Shown: positions 1 to 11,200 of the stretch, in pieces | Position numbering within the stretch: position 1 is the first letter of the stretch | Layout of the letters: each line of letters begins with the position of its first letter | NCBI GenBank assembly: GCA_043228905.1 | Contig: JBHGNT010000001.1 | Location: 6,448,001-6,512,000 of the forward strand | DNA length: 64,000 bases | DNA from: Azolla caroliniana | Taxonomy: Eukaryota > Plantae > Polypodiophyta | Reading direction: 5' to 3' | Translations under genes and position numbers: made by a program | The notes under the pieces: generated by a model | Told to the model about the DNA's origin: nothing | Database searches by the model: none | Seen by the model: only the letters and a program-made list of their open reading frames with translations

Positions 1-3000
1 AGATCTTACAAAAGCACAACATGTGTTCGAAGAGCTTAGCACTCGAGATTTAGTATCATGGAATACATTAATTTCAGGATATACTCTACAAGGAAAAGGT
101 CATGAAGCACTGATTTGTTTTGAAAGATTGAAAAGTGAAGGCCTCTCTCCAGATGTGGTCACTTTCACTTGCATCTTGAAGGCTTGTGGCATTATCGGAG
201 CTATGGGCAAGGGCAAACAAATTCATGAGGATATTTTAAATAAAAGGTTACTGGAGAGGGATATTGTGCTTGGGAATGCTTTGGTGGATATGTATGCCAA
301 ATGTGGTGATCTTGGAAAAGCAAGAAATGTGCTCGAAGAGCTTCCTTTTCAAGATGTGGTCTCTTATTCTACACTAATCACCAGACTTTCTCAACAAGGG
401 AAAGTATATGAAGCATTCACTTGTTTTGACCAAATGCAAAACAAGGGCATCTTTCCAAATGTGGTGACATTCATTTGTGTCTTGAAGGCTTGTGGAAGCA
501 TAAGATCTATAGAGAAAGGAAAACGAATTCATCTTCAGATGTTTTGCCTGGAATTGTTAGATAAAGATATTGTTCTTGGCACCGCATTGGTGGATATGTA
601 TGGTAAATGTAGTGCACTTGCAAACGCAAAGCAAGTTCTCAAAGAGCTCCATATATTAAATGCAATCTCTTGGTCTGCATTAATTGCTGGGTATGCCCAA
701 CAAGGTCAAGGTCTGGAAGCCCTCTATTGTTTTGAACGGATGCAAAATGAGGGCATTTCTCCAAATTTGGCTATCTTCATTTGCATCTTGAAGGCTTGTG
801 GCAACATAGGATCCATTGATAAAGGCAAAGAAATTCATAATAAGATTGTGAACTTGGGGTTACTTGAGAAGGATGTTATACTTGGCACTGCTTTAGTTGA
901 TATGTATGCTAAATGTGGCGACCTTCCAAAAGCTCAGCATGTGCTTGGAGAGCTCCCTGTTAGAGATATAGTATCTTGGAATGCTTTAATTGCAGGGTAT
1001 AGTCAGCATGGGAAAGACGCTGAAGCATTAAATTCTTTTGAACAAATACTTTGTGAGGGCCTCTCTCCGAATGCCACTACATTTGTTTGCATCTTGAAGG
1101 CTTGTGCTAGCACTGGGGCTATAGAGAAGGGTGAACAAATACATGATAAAGTTATGACTAAGGGCTTTTTAGAGAAGAATATTATACTCGGCAATGCTTT
1201 AGTAGATATGTATGGCAAATGTGGCAATCTTGCTAAAGCAAAGGAAGTGTTTGAAGAGCTCCCTGTAAGAAATTTAGTCTCTTGGAATATATTGATTTCT
1301 GGGTATGTCCAACAAGGGCAATGCCAGGAAGCGTTGAATTGCTTTGAGGACATGCAAAGAGAGAGCCTTTTTCCACCCGATGCCATTACCTTTATATGCC
1401 TCTTAAAAGCTTGTGGTGGGACAAGATCTACCGATAAAGGTATACTGCTCCATGAAGAAATTTTACATGAAGGGTTACTCGAGAAGGATATTGCGCTTGG
1501 TAACGCTTTAGTGGATATGTATGTCAAATGCGGTGTCCTTGCAAAGGCGCAACAAGTGCTTGAAAGGCTTCCTATTAGAAATGTAGTTTCTTGGAATGCA
1601 CTTATTGCAGGGTATGCTGAGCATGGGCTTGCTGATAAAGCAATGAATTGCTTTGAACAAATGCAAAGTGAGGGCCTCATTCCAGATGTTGTTACTTTCA
1701 TTTCAATCTTGAAGGCTTGTGGCTCAGCAAGAGCTTCAGAAAAAGGAAGACAATGTCATGAAATCATTTTAACTTGTAACTTACTAGGGAAGGATATCAT
1801 ACTTCAAAATGCTTTGATCGGTATGTATGTCAAATGTGGCTTGCTTACAAAAGCATTAGAAATGTTTAACGAGCTTCCTACTAGAAGCATAGTCTCTTGG
1901 TCTACACTAATTGCAGGATATACCCAACTAGGTGAATGCCGTGAAGCATTGAACTATTTTGAACAGATGCTAAGTGAGGGCCTTTGTCCAGATGTTATTA
2001 CTTTTATTTTCATGTTGAAGGCATGCGGCAACATGATGGCTATAGGAAAGGGCAAGAAAATTCATGCTAGCATAGTGAGTAGTGGTTTGTTAGAGAAAGA
2101 TATTGTACTTGGTACTGCTTTAGTGGACATGTACTCTAAATGTGGTGTACCTGCTAAAGCACAACAAATTCTTGAAGAGCTTCCTGTAAGGAATAGATTC
2201 ATTTGGTCAGCATTAATAGGTGGGTATACTCAACAAGGTCAAGGTCATGAAGCATTAAACTGTTTTGAACGGATGCAAAGTGAGGGTATGTCACCAGATG
2301 CAGTTACTTTCACTGGTGCCTTGAAGGCATGTGGAAACATAGGATCTATGGACAAGGGACAAAACCTTCATGATGAGATATCACTTATAGGCTTGCTAGG
2401 GAAGGATCTCCTGGTTGGAAATGCTTTGGTGGATATGTATGCAAAATGTGGTGTCCTTGCAAAAGCACAACAGGTGCTTAAGGATTTCTCTACCAAAGAT
2501 ATAGTTCCCTGGAATGTCATAATTGTGGGATATGCAGAACAAGGGCTAGTCTGTAAAGCATTGAGTTGCTTTTATTTGATGCAAAATGAGGGCATCCATC
2601 CGGATGAGGTGACATTTGTGTGTGTTCTTAGTGCATGTGGTCACGTGGGGTTATTGACCGAGGCGGAACATATTTTCGCAGATATGACCACGAAATATAG
2701 TACCGTTCCAAAATTAGAGCATTACACTTGCATGGTTATGGCTTTTGGATGTACTGGGCATTTTGACAAAGTCATGGGAGTCATTAAAGCTATGCCATTG
2801 CATTATCATTCTGCAGTTTGGCTTGCCCTGTTAGGTGTTTGTAGGAGATGGGGAAATGTAAAGCTTGGAAGATTGGTTTTTGATCAGATATTACAAGTAG
2901 ATATTACTTGTGCGGCAGCGTATGTCCTCATGGCTGCTACCTTTGCTGCTACTGGTATGCAAGAGGATGCCAAAACTGTTGGAGTGATAGGACTAAAATA

Positions 3001-3130
3001 TGCTGATGGAAAAAACGAACGGAATAAAATTATGAGAAAATCAGGTTTTTCTGATAGTATGCCCGTTTTCCCACCTTTTAAGAGGGTGGGAACGGGAATT
3101 CATTCATCCGTCAGAGGCATAATGGGGTGA
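1..3130 (+). CDS. PLS-class pentatricopeptide repeat protein with E1/E2-type C-terminus and no DYW domain; likely organellar RNA-editing specificity factor; 5' end lies upstream of the window
   Basis: Intronless ORF, open from base 2 (DLTKAQHVFEEL...). About 102-aa P-L-S triplets: 'vsWnaLIagY..qG...eAl.cF..Mq.eG..P', 'vTF.ciLKACg..g....G..iH', 'gnALVDMYaKCG' (8 full copies). These are followed by P2-L2-S2 (VTFVCVLSACGHVG, EHYTCMV) and an E-like tail (AVWLALLGVCRRWGNV...AAYVLMAATFA). Stop TGA at 3128-3130. Confidence 0.95.
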   Translation, partial: DLTKAQHVFEELSTRDLVSWNTLISGYTLQGKGHEALICFERLKSEGLSPDVVTFTCILKACGIIGAMGKGKQIHEDILNKRLLERDIVLGNALVDMYAKCGDLGKARNVLEELPFQDVVSYSTLITRLSQQGKVYEAFTCFDQMQNKGIFPNVVTFICVLKACGSIRSIEKGKRIHLQMFCLELLDKDIVLGTALVDMYGKCSALANAKQVLKELHILNAISWSALIAGYAQQGQGLEALYCFERMQNEGISPNLAIFICILKACGNIGSIDKGKEIHNKIVNLGLLEKDVILGTALVDMYAKCGDLPKAQHVLGELPVRDIVSWNALIAGYSQHGKDAEALNSFEQILCEGLSPNATTFVCILKACASTGAIEKGEQIHDKVMTKGFLEKNIILGNALVDMYGKCGNLAKAKEVFEELPVRNLVSWNILISGYVQQGQCQEALNCFEDMQRESLFPPDAITFICLLKACGGTRSTDKGILLHEEILHEGLLEKDIALGNALVDMYVKCGVLAKAQQVLERLPIRNVVSWNALIAGYAEHGLADKAMNCFEQMQSEGLIPDVVTFISILKACGSARASEKGRQCHEIILTCNLLGKDIILQNALIGMYVKCGLLTKALEMFNELPTRSIVSWSTLIAGYTQLGECREALNYFEQMLSEGLCPDVITFIFMLKACGNMMAIGKGKKIHASIVSSGLLEKDIVLGTALVDMYSKCGVPAKAQQILEELPVRNRFIWSALIGGYTQQGQGHEALNCFERMQSEGMSPDAVTFTGALKACGNIGSMDKGQNLHDEISLIGLLGKDLLVGNALVDMYAKCGVLAKAQQVLKDFSTKDIVPWNVIIVGYAEQGLVCKALSCFYLMQNEGIHPDEVTFVCVLSACGHVGLLTEAEHIFADMTTKYSTVPKLEHYTCMVMAFGCTGHFDKVMGVIKAMPLHYHSAVWLALLGVCRRWGNVKLGRLVFDQILQVDITCAAAYVLMAATFAATGMQEDAKTVGVIGLKYADGKNERNKIMRKSGFSDSMPVFPPFKRVGTGIHSSVRGIMG

Positions 3131-3164
3131 ATGTGTCCAACTGATGTTAAGAGCTGTGTTTTGA

Positions 3165-3232
3165 CACAAGGATCTACTGGTAAAGCTTTGTGGACCTTAA
3201 ACATTGGGTTGTGGGTTTGAGCCCCAGTTGGG
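3165..3232 (+). mobile_element. Degenerate tRNA(Lys)-like head; probable tRNA-derived SINE remnant or tRNA pseudogene just 3' of the PPR stop
   Basis: 'ctggtaaagc...ccttaa...ggttgtgggtttgagccccagttggg' resembles plant tRNA-Lys(CUU) 'TGGTAGAGC...CTTAA...GGTCGTGGGTTCGAGCCCCACGGTGGG' with CpG-type transitions. No intact cloverleaf. Confidence 0.45.
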
Positions 3233-4050
3233 AAATCATGGGTATGGACATCTTTGTTCACAAAGGTGGTTCAAAATGGACAAGAAGAAATATACTTATT
3301 AGAACCATTAAGTATCCCACTACGTATCCTTGGTGATCATTGATTCATGCTTGGGTTTGGCTTATGACTCATTTCTGACAAGACACTTCTTTTGCATGCG
3401 TTTCTGAAAGAAAATGGGAAAAACAAATGTGGTGTGGGACACTCTGCTTACTCCATTGCAATTGCATGCCAAGCACACTTACGGAATCCATGTGAGTGGA
3501 ATTTTTCAAAGAAAAAGAATTGCGTTGCATAATGTATGCCAATTTGCGTATGGTTGCACCACCACATGGCTAGGTAAACTATTTATGTGATTCTGTGGAT
3601 TAGCCCAAGAACCTTTGCAAGATGCTAGTAGCTTCTAGCTTCACTTTGATCCAACTGTCTACAGGAATACCAATTGAAAATTAGTGGTGGACAATAAGCA
3701 TTCTTCTCTTTGTTGCATGTCTCCATCCGTTGAATATTACTCTGGAAACCTAACAGGACACTACTCACATGAACTGACTTATGATAAACCTGTGTTATTC
3801 AGGATAATGGCTCCATTACTGCATGGAAATATATGAGTAAGATGTTTTCATGTGTAATTAATTTTACCCAATGGAATGTTTATCATACATGCAAACAGAA
3901 TTGAACCATGCGCATCTTAGTTCAAGTTGTGTTTTAAAAGCAAGAAGGCATACATCACCAAAGAACTTAAATTGTTCAAATAATTACTGAAACAAATTTT
4001 GCAGGAGAAGCTCAAGAAAACTCAACAAATGAAACACTTCCAAAAACATT

Positions 4051-4795
4051 AGTCATTTAAAGTGTAACAAATTATACCATTTGTGGTTGACAATTAAGTT
4101 TACTTTACCATCTGAATCATGATCTGCATTACACAAACACAAATATCTTTGACACCATGGGCAAACAGCATAATTACTTAATTTTATACGCATTTGTTTA
4201 TCCATATAGACTGATGAAAACAAGTTTGAAACCCAAAATCCAATGTGGAACAGGTTTGAAATTTGGCCATGACTAGCAATAAATTCTTACTTGGGAGCTT
4301 GTTTTGGCCCATTTGGTAATTTTGAAATGTACCAGGATCTCATGAAATTGGCCAGATCATTTCTGAATCAGTACTGTCATTTAACATTGAGTGTAACAAA
4401 TTATGTACTGTATAAATAATTTCATAAAGACAAACAGCATTCTGAGAACATGGGAAACAAAATAATTACTTTTTCATACTTAACTTCACTAGTATTTGCT
4501 TATTCGCATAAACTGATGGACACGCACAATAATTTGAAACCCAAAAGCCAAGTAGAACAAACATAGGTAATTCATGCCACAGCTTGCAATAAATGTTTAC
4601 CTGGAATTTGTTTGGCCTATCTGGTTGATAATTATTTTAACTTCACCAGTATTTGCTTATTCGCATAAACTGATGGACATGCACAATAATTTGAAACCCA
4701 AAAGCCAAGTAGAACAAACATAGGTAATTCATGCCACAGCTTGCAACAAATGTTTACCTGGAATTTGTTTGGCCTATCTGGTTGGTAATTATTAA
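4051..4795. repeat. Nested tandem duplication: an older ~325-bp diverged pair containing a young ~157-bp near-perfect pair (4481-4637, 4638-4794)
   Basis: 'taacttcac.agtatttgcttattcgcataaactgatggaca...tggcctatctggttg' occurs twice almost identically. A diverged homolog ('gtcattt..agtgtaacaaattat', 'tttgaaacccaaaa.ccaa', 'gcaataaat') lies at 4051-4375. Confidence 0.85.
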
Positions 4796-5200
4796 ATGTA
4801 ATGAGAGCTTAGCTAGATAACTTCTGACTAAGCTGTAGCTTAGCATAAACTCAAAACTTGAAACAAGGTAAAACACTTTTAATAAAAAACCATGAACCTC
4901 TTCTTCATTATTAAGCTTCAGATTTAAGAACAAAATATGTAGGGATAATCCTTAAATCATTCTTAAAATTTGAGAATATAATGTTGGATATATGCACAAT
5001 AAATTCTTCTACATCAAGAATAAAATTCTGAACAAGAGGGTTACATTCTGAAGTAAATGACCCAATCAATATGTGAGTTACACTTCACAGTTCATGTGTG
5101 ACCAGCAGGGTATTTTCATAAATATACAGAAGTGCCTTCCTATGTGCTCTGCTCTAAGCCTCCACAGACTCAAAATGTAAAAGTATACACTTCTTTTCAC

Positions 5201-8200
5201 TCAGATAAGCTCCAAGAATAGCGTTTCATTGTTACTCAATCCCAGATCATGGAGAGACTTCTCATGTTCTGCATCTGTAAATGCTTTTCGAGGGTATTGT
5301 CTTACCTGTTCAAGATACCCATATCCAATTATTAGTCAGCAGTTGCAAAAACATCGTGTACTTGTAAACATGATATATTCACTTTTAAGGAGTAAACAGT
5401 CATATCTTTTGTTAGGTATATAAGCAGTTGTAACCTGGCTAGTGATCTCCAAGATAGACAACATTCTAAGATGTGATCACTCATTCAGTCTTGTAGGTCA
5501 TTTTGGTCTCTCTCTATATATATAGCCTTACGAGATATATTGGTTTTTCTTGGAATGAAAGCTAAAAAGCACTGTTTGATGAGCTTGTGTAGTATTACAT
5601 ACTATGTAGTTGGTTGGGGAGGCTTGACAATGTTTTAGGATCCTAATCCATGCATATGCTTCTCAATTGTACCCATGCCCAACATGAACCATCCATTCAA
5701 CTACCTCCCAGATCATATCATTCACAGTGTCATTTCTTCACTACTAGGATAGACAGGCAACCTACAAACTGGGAGGGGCCAAGATCATGATGGTTTGGTA
5801 ACAGAACATTTTCCCGCTAAACCAATACAATTTCAAAATGAATCTTTAACCGAAATAAACTGTTTAAACCATTAAGCCACAGCTTGATGGTTTGGTTTTA
5901 GCTCAACCTGAATCATTGCCTATTGTTAACTCCAATACAGCATGAAGTTCCCTATTATTCACTCACTTTTTATCATCATGAGAACAAGTGATTAGGCAGA
6001 ATATTATTGGATCTGATACATACAGAACTTGGGACCGAGCAACCAATAAAACATCTGGGAATGAAAATGGGATTTTATGCAAAACCACTTTCTGACATTG
6101 ATGTCCAATAGCTTTCTAGTTCAACCAAATTACATAAACATACTTCTCCCACATCACTCGGGTTTGGATTAAGATGGCTAGACACCTTCGGTCTCAACCT
6201 TACATTGATTCTGTGTCCCTCTCATGCAATGGATAATCAACATTGATGCTCAGCCTACCAGGACATCAGAGACAGACGCAACACCCATTTAGAGGAGACC
6301 AAGCATTACAACACTCTCAAGTTGCATGTGTATCATGCATCTCTTTGCTGTTGTTCAGTGCATATTATCAGGATAGTCTTTATCTATTCCATTTCTACTT
6401 TATTTGTAGTAGGTTGCAGTTTCTTTCCTTCTTTAATCATTACTTGTTATCACCTGAATGTAATTTATTTGACCTTATCAGTAATTCTCCAAGATTTTAA
6501 TATGTCATTTCATTTGATTTTACAGATTTAGGGAGTCTCTCATGAGGCCAGCCAAAATCACCAACGAGATCAACGAAATTATATTCAAGTGATAACAAAG
6601 TAAAGTGTATGGAGTTGATCTCTTCTAGAGAGACCTCATCCACCTCAGGATTCTTCAACATAATATCATAATACAGAACAAACAAAGAACAGTTTCATGA
6701 TGCTTATATTAACATTAATTATATACGACTAACTAGTATCAAACTGTGTGATCCATTTGTGTACGATGAGGCTGCCTAAATATAATCTTCGGAAACAATA
6801 AATCAAAATACAGATAATCCCAATGAATCTTTAGAAAAAACAAAAGAATAAATAAGGGTAAAGGCACCGAATTAATGACTAACCAATCGGTAAGAGCCAG
6901 GAACCACTTGAGTATGAGCATCAATAAAGTTGAACAAGAACTGCATTTTACATAATTGTCACTTAACATTCAGAAATGAAGCAAACAAAAGTAAACTTTA
7001 AAATGGACAATTTTTGTACCTGAACAGGTTCTGATTTACGAAACCGCCTGCCTTGTCGGGTTCCATCAGGCATTCGGACCATAATGTTAACCGCAGCATC
7101 ATCATCTATGGAAGGCTCTTCAGGAAGAGCAGCTCTTTTCGCAGCTTTTTGTCTCTTTAATTCCTAGAAATGTAACTAATTTTGTTTTAGAGTGTTTGCC
7201 ATGTCAACACAACCATGTTCCTTAAAACATAAGATTAATTGTACCCAAGCTAATTGAACATATGAAAAAGCAGCAAAATAAAGAAATTTCCTTTATTTCT
7301 CCAAATATCTGTAAGTTTCTGTTAGTTGACCAGAGACATTTGAGGTAATAACTGAAACTTAGGAACATTTGAAAAATAAAGAAAAAGTCGTGGGTATTTG
7401 AGTTTTTCCCTTGAACTTGCTGGTAAAATGAGATTCAACCACCTCTTCTGCAAGGCGTTGATGTAGTTCCTCTTCTTCTCGACGCTTTTCTGCTTCTAAT
7501 GCAACAGCTTTTGCTTTTTCCTCCTCTATACGACGTTGCTCTGCCTCAAGCAGTGCATGTACCTCTTTTTCTCTATCTGCTTGCAATGAAGCAAGATATT
7601 CGTCGTCCTAAAAACATTTAGTAAAGAATATGTAAAGTTGATAGACAATCAAGGAGAATAAATTCGCATGTGCAAAATGAATAATCACAACTCATTAAGC
7701 TCTGACATTCAGCAAGCATGTACATTAATCATCCTATGTTTTCATGTGGCTCCAAAACAATGGTGTACAGAATCCAGGATACAGCTTTGATCAGAATCAA
7801 GAACAAAGCCATATTGATCAATTGTATATAGATATAGATGTTCATGCACAAATATGCGTATATATGTACATATAAAAGTCTAGAAATATGCATATATATG
7901 GAATCTGGATTAGCGTAGAAGTATAGATTATATAATCTATATAATGATTTGTTTGTACAGAAAACTGCTACAGTGTTTGTGCACTGGCCCTTTTCTATGT
8001 TGCAAAGCCTTTCAATCATCTACTTCACAAAAAGTGCACTGTAGTTTTAGGAAACTAAAGAAAGGAAGAAAGAAAAAAACAGAAGAGAGATATATTAGGG
8101 CAAAATAACCTGCAGGGCCATATGAGAGGTTACATTTGAAAGTTTTATCTCAATTCAGAGAGCAAACCAAAAACAAATATAAAAATGTAAAATAAAAGTA

Positions 8201-11200
8201 AAACTTCCTGAAATACACCGAGTAAAACTAAAGAATGTTTGCAAGTACCTGTTGCTCTCTTAATAGGCGTTGGGCTATGACAGTAGGTGATGGAGGTTGT
8301 TGTACAGGTCGACCATAGTTGTGGAATCCACCCTCATCCAGATGACCATCCTCATCAACTGTATTCGTAATAGATGGATAACGAAATCTTCTAGCTGCAT
8401 CTTCTGGTAGAGTGCCAAATATTGCTGCCTCAAGCATGACAGCTTCCTCTTGTTCTTCAGAGGTCAGAACTCCCCACTGCAAGGATTCCAATACGAAAAA
8501 ATTATAAGTAAACAACATGCCTCATGCACCTTAAAGCTCCCTGAACAATTTAGAGTGCTTAATAATTATAATGTTTAGAGTGCCGAATATTTATGATGTT
8601 GACTTATCTTCGGAATTCTAATCATTATTAATACTAATGTGGTAGTTTAAGTGTCTACATGACTATAACACTTAATTGTTCATGAGTATGATGATCAACA
8701 CAGTAAAATCATGCATTGATATAAGTATCTTTATGGATTATAGTATTACCGTATCTTCATGATGATTATAAGTTTCGGGAACTCTACAAGTAATGAAAGT
8801 ACAATTATAATAACAAAGATAAGTGAACTTAAGCAGCTATTTTTTGAGAGAAGCTTGCTTACACACAAAATTTCTCAGCAGTCACACAATATAATTCACC
8901 TCATCATGATGTGCAGCATCTCCATTGCTCTCTGAGGGCATAGGATCCATGCTGGTGGAAGTTATTGGTTCATATGACTCGGGCACCTCAATATTTGGAT
9001 TCAAACGCCTATTTGATCTCGTCGGTGGTTGCTCTTCATATTGTTTCACATCCTCTACAGGGATCGCTTGTCCATGTGACTCCAGCAACCCCATATTTGA
9101 AGGTTGTGTCATCATAGGATTTGAACGCCTACCTGGTCTCTTCCTGAATAGAGGTTTCTCTTCATCATCTTCAACATCCTCTATAGGGATAATGGGTATA
9201 TCATTTATATTACTGGACAAAATCTTTCTATCCACTGGCAACGAAGTGCTTGTTGAAACTCCAAGATCCCCATCATAATCATTTCCTGCAGAAGAACTAG
9301 AGCCCTTCCTAGGAGTACACAAGATAGACTAAAATTTAAATGGTGCAACTAAAGGCATTATAGCATTGATTCTGAGTCCAATATTGAAGATAATATTCAC
9401 TCTACATAGATCAACAACTACTAACAGTCGCATAATTGAAATATAATACTTTCACATGTATGCACCTCTTCAAAATATCACGATGTCCTCCATCCTCAGA
9501 ACTTAGATAATCATCCTCATTTGAGTGCCAAGAAAAATCTTTGCCTTCCCGCAATGCTTTTTCTCTCTCTGCAGTCTGTAAATAACATACACTTATGCCA
9601 GAGAACTTGACTAATAACATACAGCCAAATACAGTACACAACTGTTGTGGCAATGCAGGAGAACCTTCAATGACAGTGAAACTGCCCTTGCCAGATCATC
9701 ATCCTCTGCATGCGTTCCACCTTGATCCTGCAAAGAGCCAACTCAATATCTAATGAACTATATGTTGAGGAGTACATGAACACATATAATGCTAAAATCA
9801 AACCTCACAAAATACCTCCGTAGAATGCATCCTCATAGCATCTTTTTGAGAAGCTTCAATAGCTGCTCTTAGCATTTCTTGTTCGATAGCATCCCCTTCA
9901 CTATTTGCCACAGCTGGAATCTCATCAATGGATGGAGCACTAGCATTGCTGATCCTTCTTAATCTTTCTGTACGAAAAGGATCAAAACTGTATCTTGATC
10001 TCTCGCCCTCATCTCTGGAGGGGGCCGAACCAGAGACTTCTTCATCGTCTGTTATGAAATGAGCGTGACTTTGAGATGGTACATGCACCCCTGTGTCTGG
10101 AATTTCTTCTATGAGAAGATCTCCATGAGATCTCGCTCTTAACGGCTCCTCATCCTTCCATTCAATCGGTACTTCCCTGACATCCCTTGGTTGAGAAACA
10201 ATGGGTTGACCCCTCAAAGGAATCCCTCGACGTAAGGTATCAAGCCCCCTAAATCCTCTGTCAAAGATAGGAGCTGAGGGTAAGGGATAAAAGGGTGGAG
10301 AGAGAGCATGCTGTACGGCTGGAGGCTCATCCACTTCCATGAGGTCTACATTGCCAGTTGGCTCTTGATTCTGCATAGGCGGGCTACATTGAAATACAAA
10401 TCTAAATTAATAGCATCAAGCTGCACAAATAAATAGATACTGTCCTAATTTAACTGCATCAGTACACACAATTTCATTCTAGTTTACAAAACATCTCAAA
10501 CTTCCCACTTGAAACTTGACAAAAGAAAATTCACATTGAAGATTCAGAATTAGTATTAATCCACCAGCTTCATTGATAAGTTATTATGATTAGCATCACT
10601 TCTACATGTGTCTCCAGGTTCTAAGATTTTATTTTGCTGAGAGACACAAAAAAATCTCTAGAAAAGTATGTACACAAGTACAAACCTTTAAGTTAAGATT
10701 TTTTCAATAGAGCCTTAATTAAAAAGATACCATCTCAATTTGCTTAAATGATTTGCAGTTTATTCAAACATGTGAATCCATAAACTTAAGAGTTTTCCCA
10801 TTCATAGAAAAGAACTGCAATTGAAAATCCACTTACACAGAGTTTTCTCCTTCATTATAGAAACTGTTTACTGCAGCATTGAGATCTCCTCTATAAGCCT
10901 ACAAACATGAAGAGTGATTATATTTAGACCAACAAACAAACACTCCACAATAAAAATAGAATATCGTCAGAGTTTTATTGCAAATAGATAAAGAACTTAC
11001 AAGGTTCAAACACCTAGAAATGCAAAGGTTGGTTGAACAAGAACATCATGTATGTTCAGCATGTTAACATATACACATTAACAGACATATATATCGTTAC
11101 AGTAGGTACGATCATCCTAACCACAGTGCCTTCTCTCCTTTAAGCAAGAAATAACTATGGGATAAAAACTGAGGATCACCTGATCCAACATAGTGGATTG

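Noticed and set aside
1003-1701. 232-aa antisense ORF inside the PPR gene
   Set aside because: Shadow frame of a repetitive coding sequence with no recognisable domain
6497-6685. Minus-strand ORF containing 'YNFVDLVG', a possible UBX exon
   Set aside because: The exon at 6940-6884 (FLFNFIDAH...GSYRL) has proper splice sites and completes the UBX domain in frame
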